Positions 63,974 to 64,000 of a DNA stretch of 64,000 nt are shown here, in pieces. Under the pieces are notes generated by a model, which was not told the DNA's origin, did not search any database, and saw only the letters and a list, made by a program, of their open reading frames with translations. The translations under genes were made by a program, and so were the position numbers. Origin of the DNA: Methanobacteriota archaeon (GTDB lineage Archaea > Halobacteriota > Bog-38 > Methanoflorentales > Methanoflorentaceae); contig OY970393.1 of NCBI GenBank assembly GCA_963720465.1, positions 608,001-672,000 of the forward strand, written 5' to 3'. Numbering within the stretch: position 1 is the stretch's first letter; every line of letters begins with the position of its first letter.

Positions 63974-64000
63974 AATTAACCACCGATGCTGATTCAAAAA

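Overview
Core-genome window of a mid-GC archaeon of the Halobacteriota/methanogen side. This placement is inferred from SepRS, methanogenesis marker 8, DUF2551, DUF2111, an F420-binding FrhB-like subunit, archaeosortase, TFB/TFS, MCM and topoisomerase VI. It holds about 60 mostly housekeeping CDS, RNase P RNA, tRNA-Leu(CAA) and an intron-containing tRNA-Ala(CGC). I saw no CRISPR array, transposase or integrase. The most notable points are: (1) an intact bacterial-type System II cytochrome c synthase pair (ccsB/resB-ccsA) between two complementary cis-prenyltransferase genes, although archaea are known for System I (Ccm); (2) a circularly permuted alkaline-phosphatase-superfamily gene co-oriented with marker 8 and a methionine gamma-lyase-like gene; (3) two conserved genes (mptD, rfcS) that can only start at ATA/ATC-type codons; (4) an NrpR box plus a structured leader or sRNA before a split, probably F420-linked glutamate synthase; (5) a palindromic candidate RbkR operator; (6) single-base frameshifts in lysS, mgl and ribL, probably assembly errors, although the lysS one lies on tandem Lys codons; (7) two decaying pseudogenes missed or mis-called by the ORF track. 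All product calls rest on motif recognition by eye, not on database searches.
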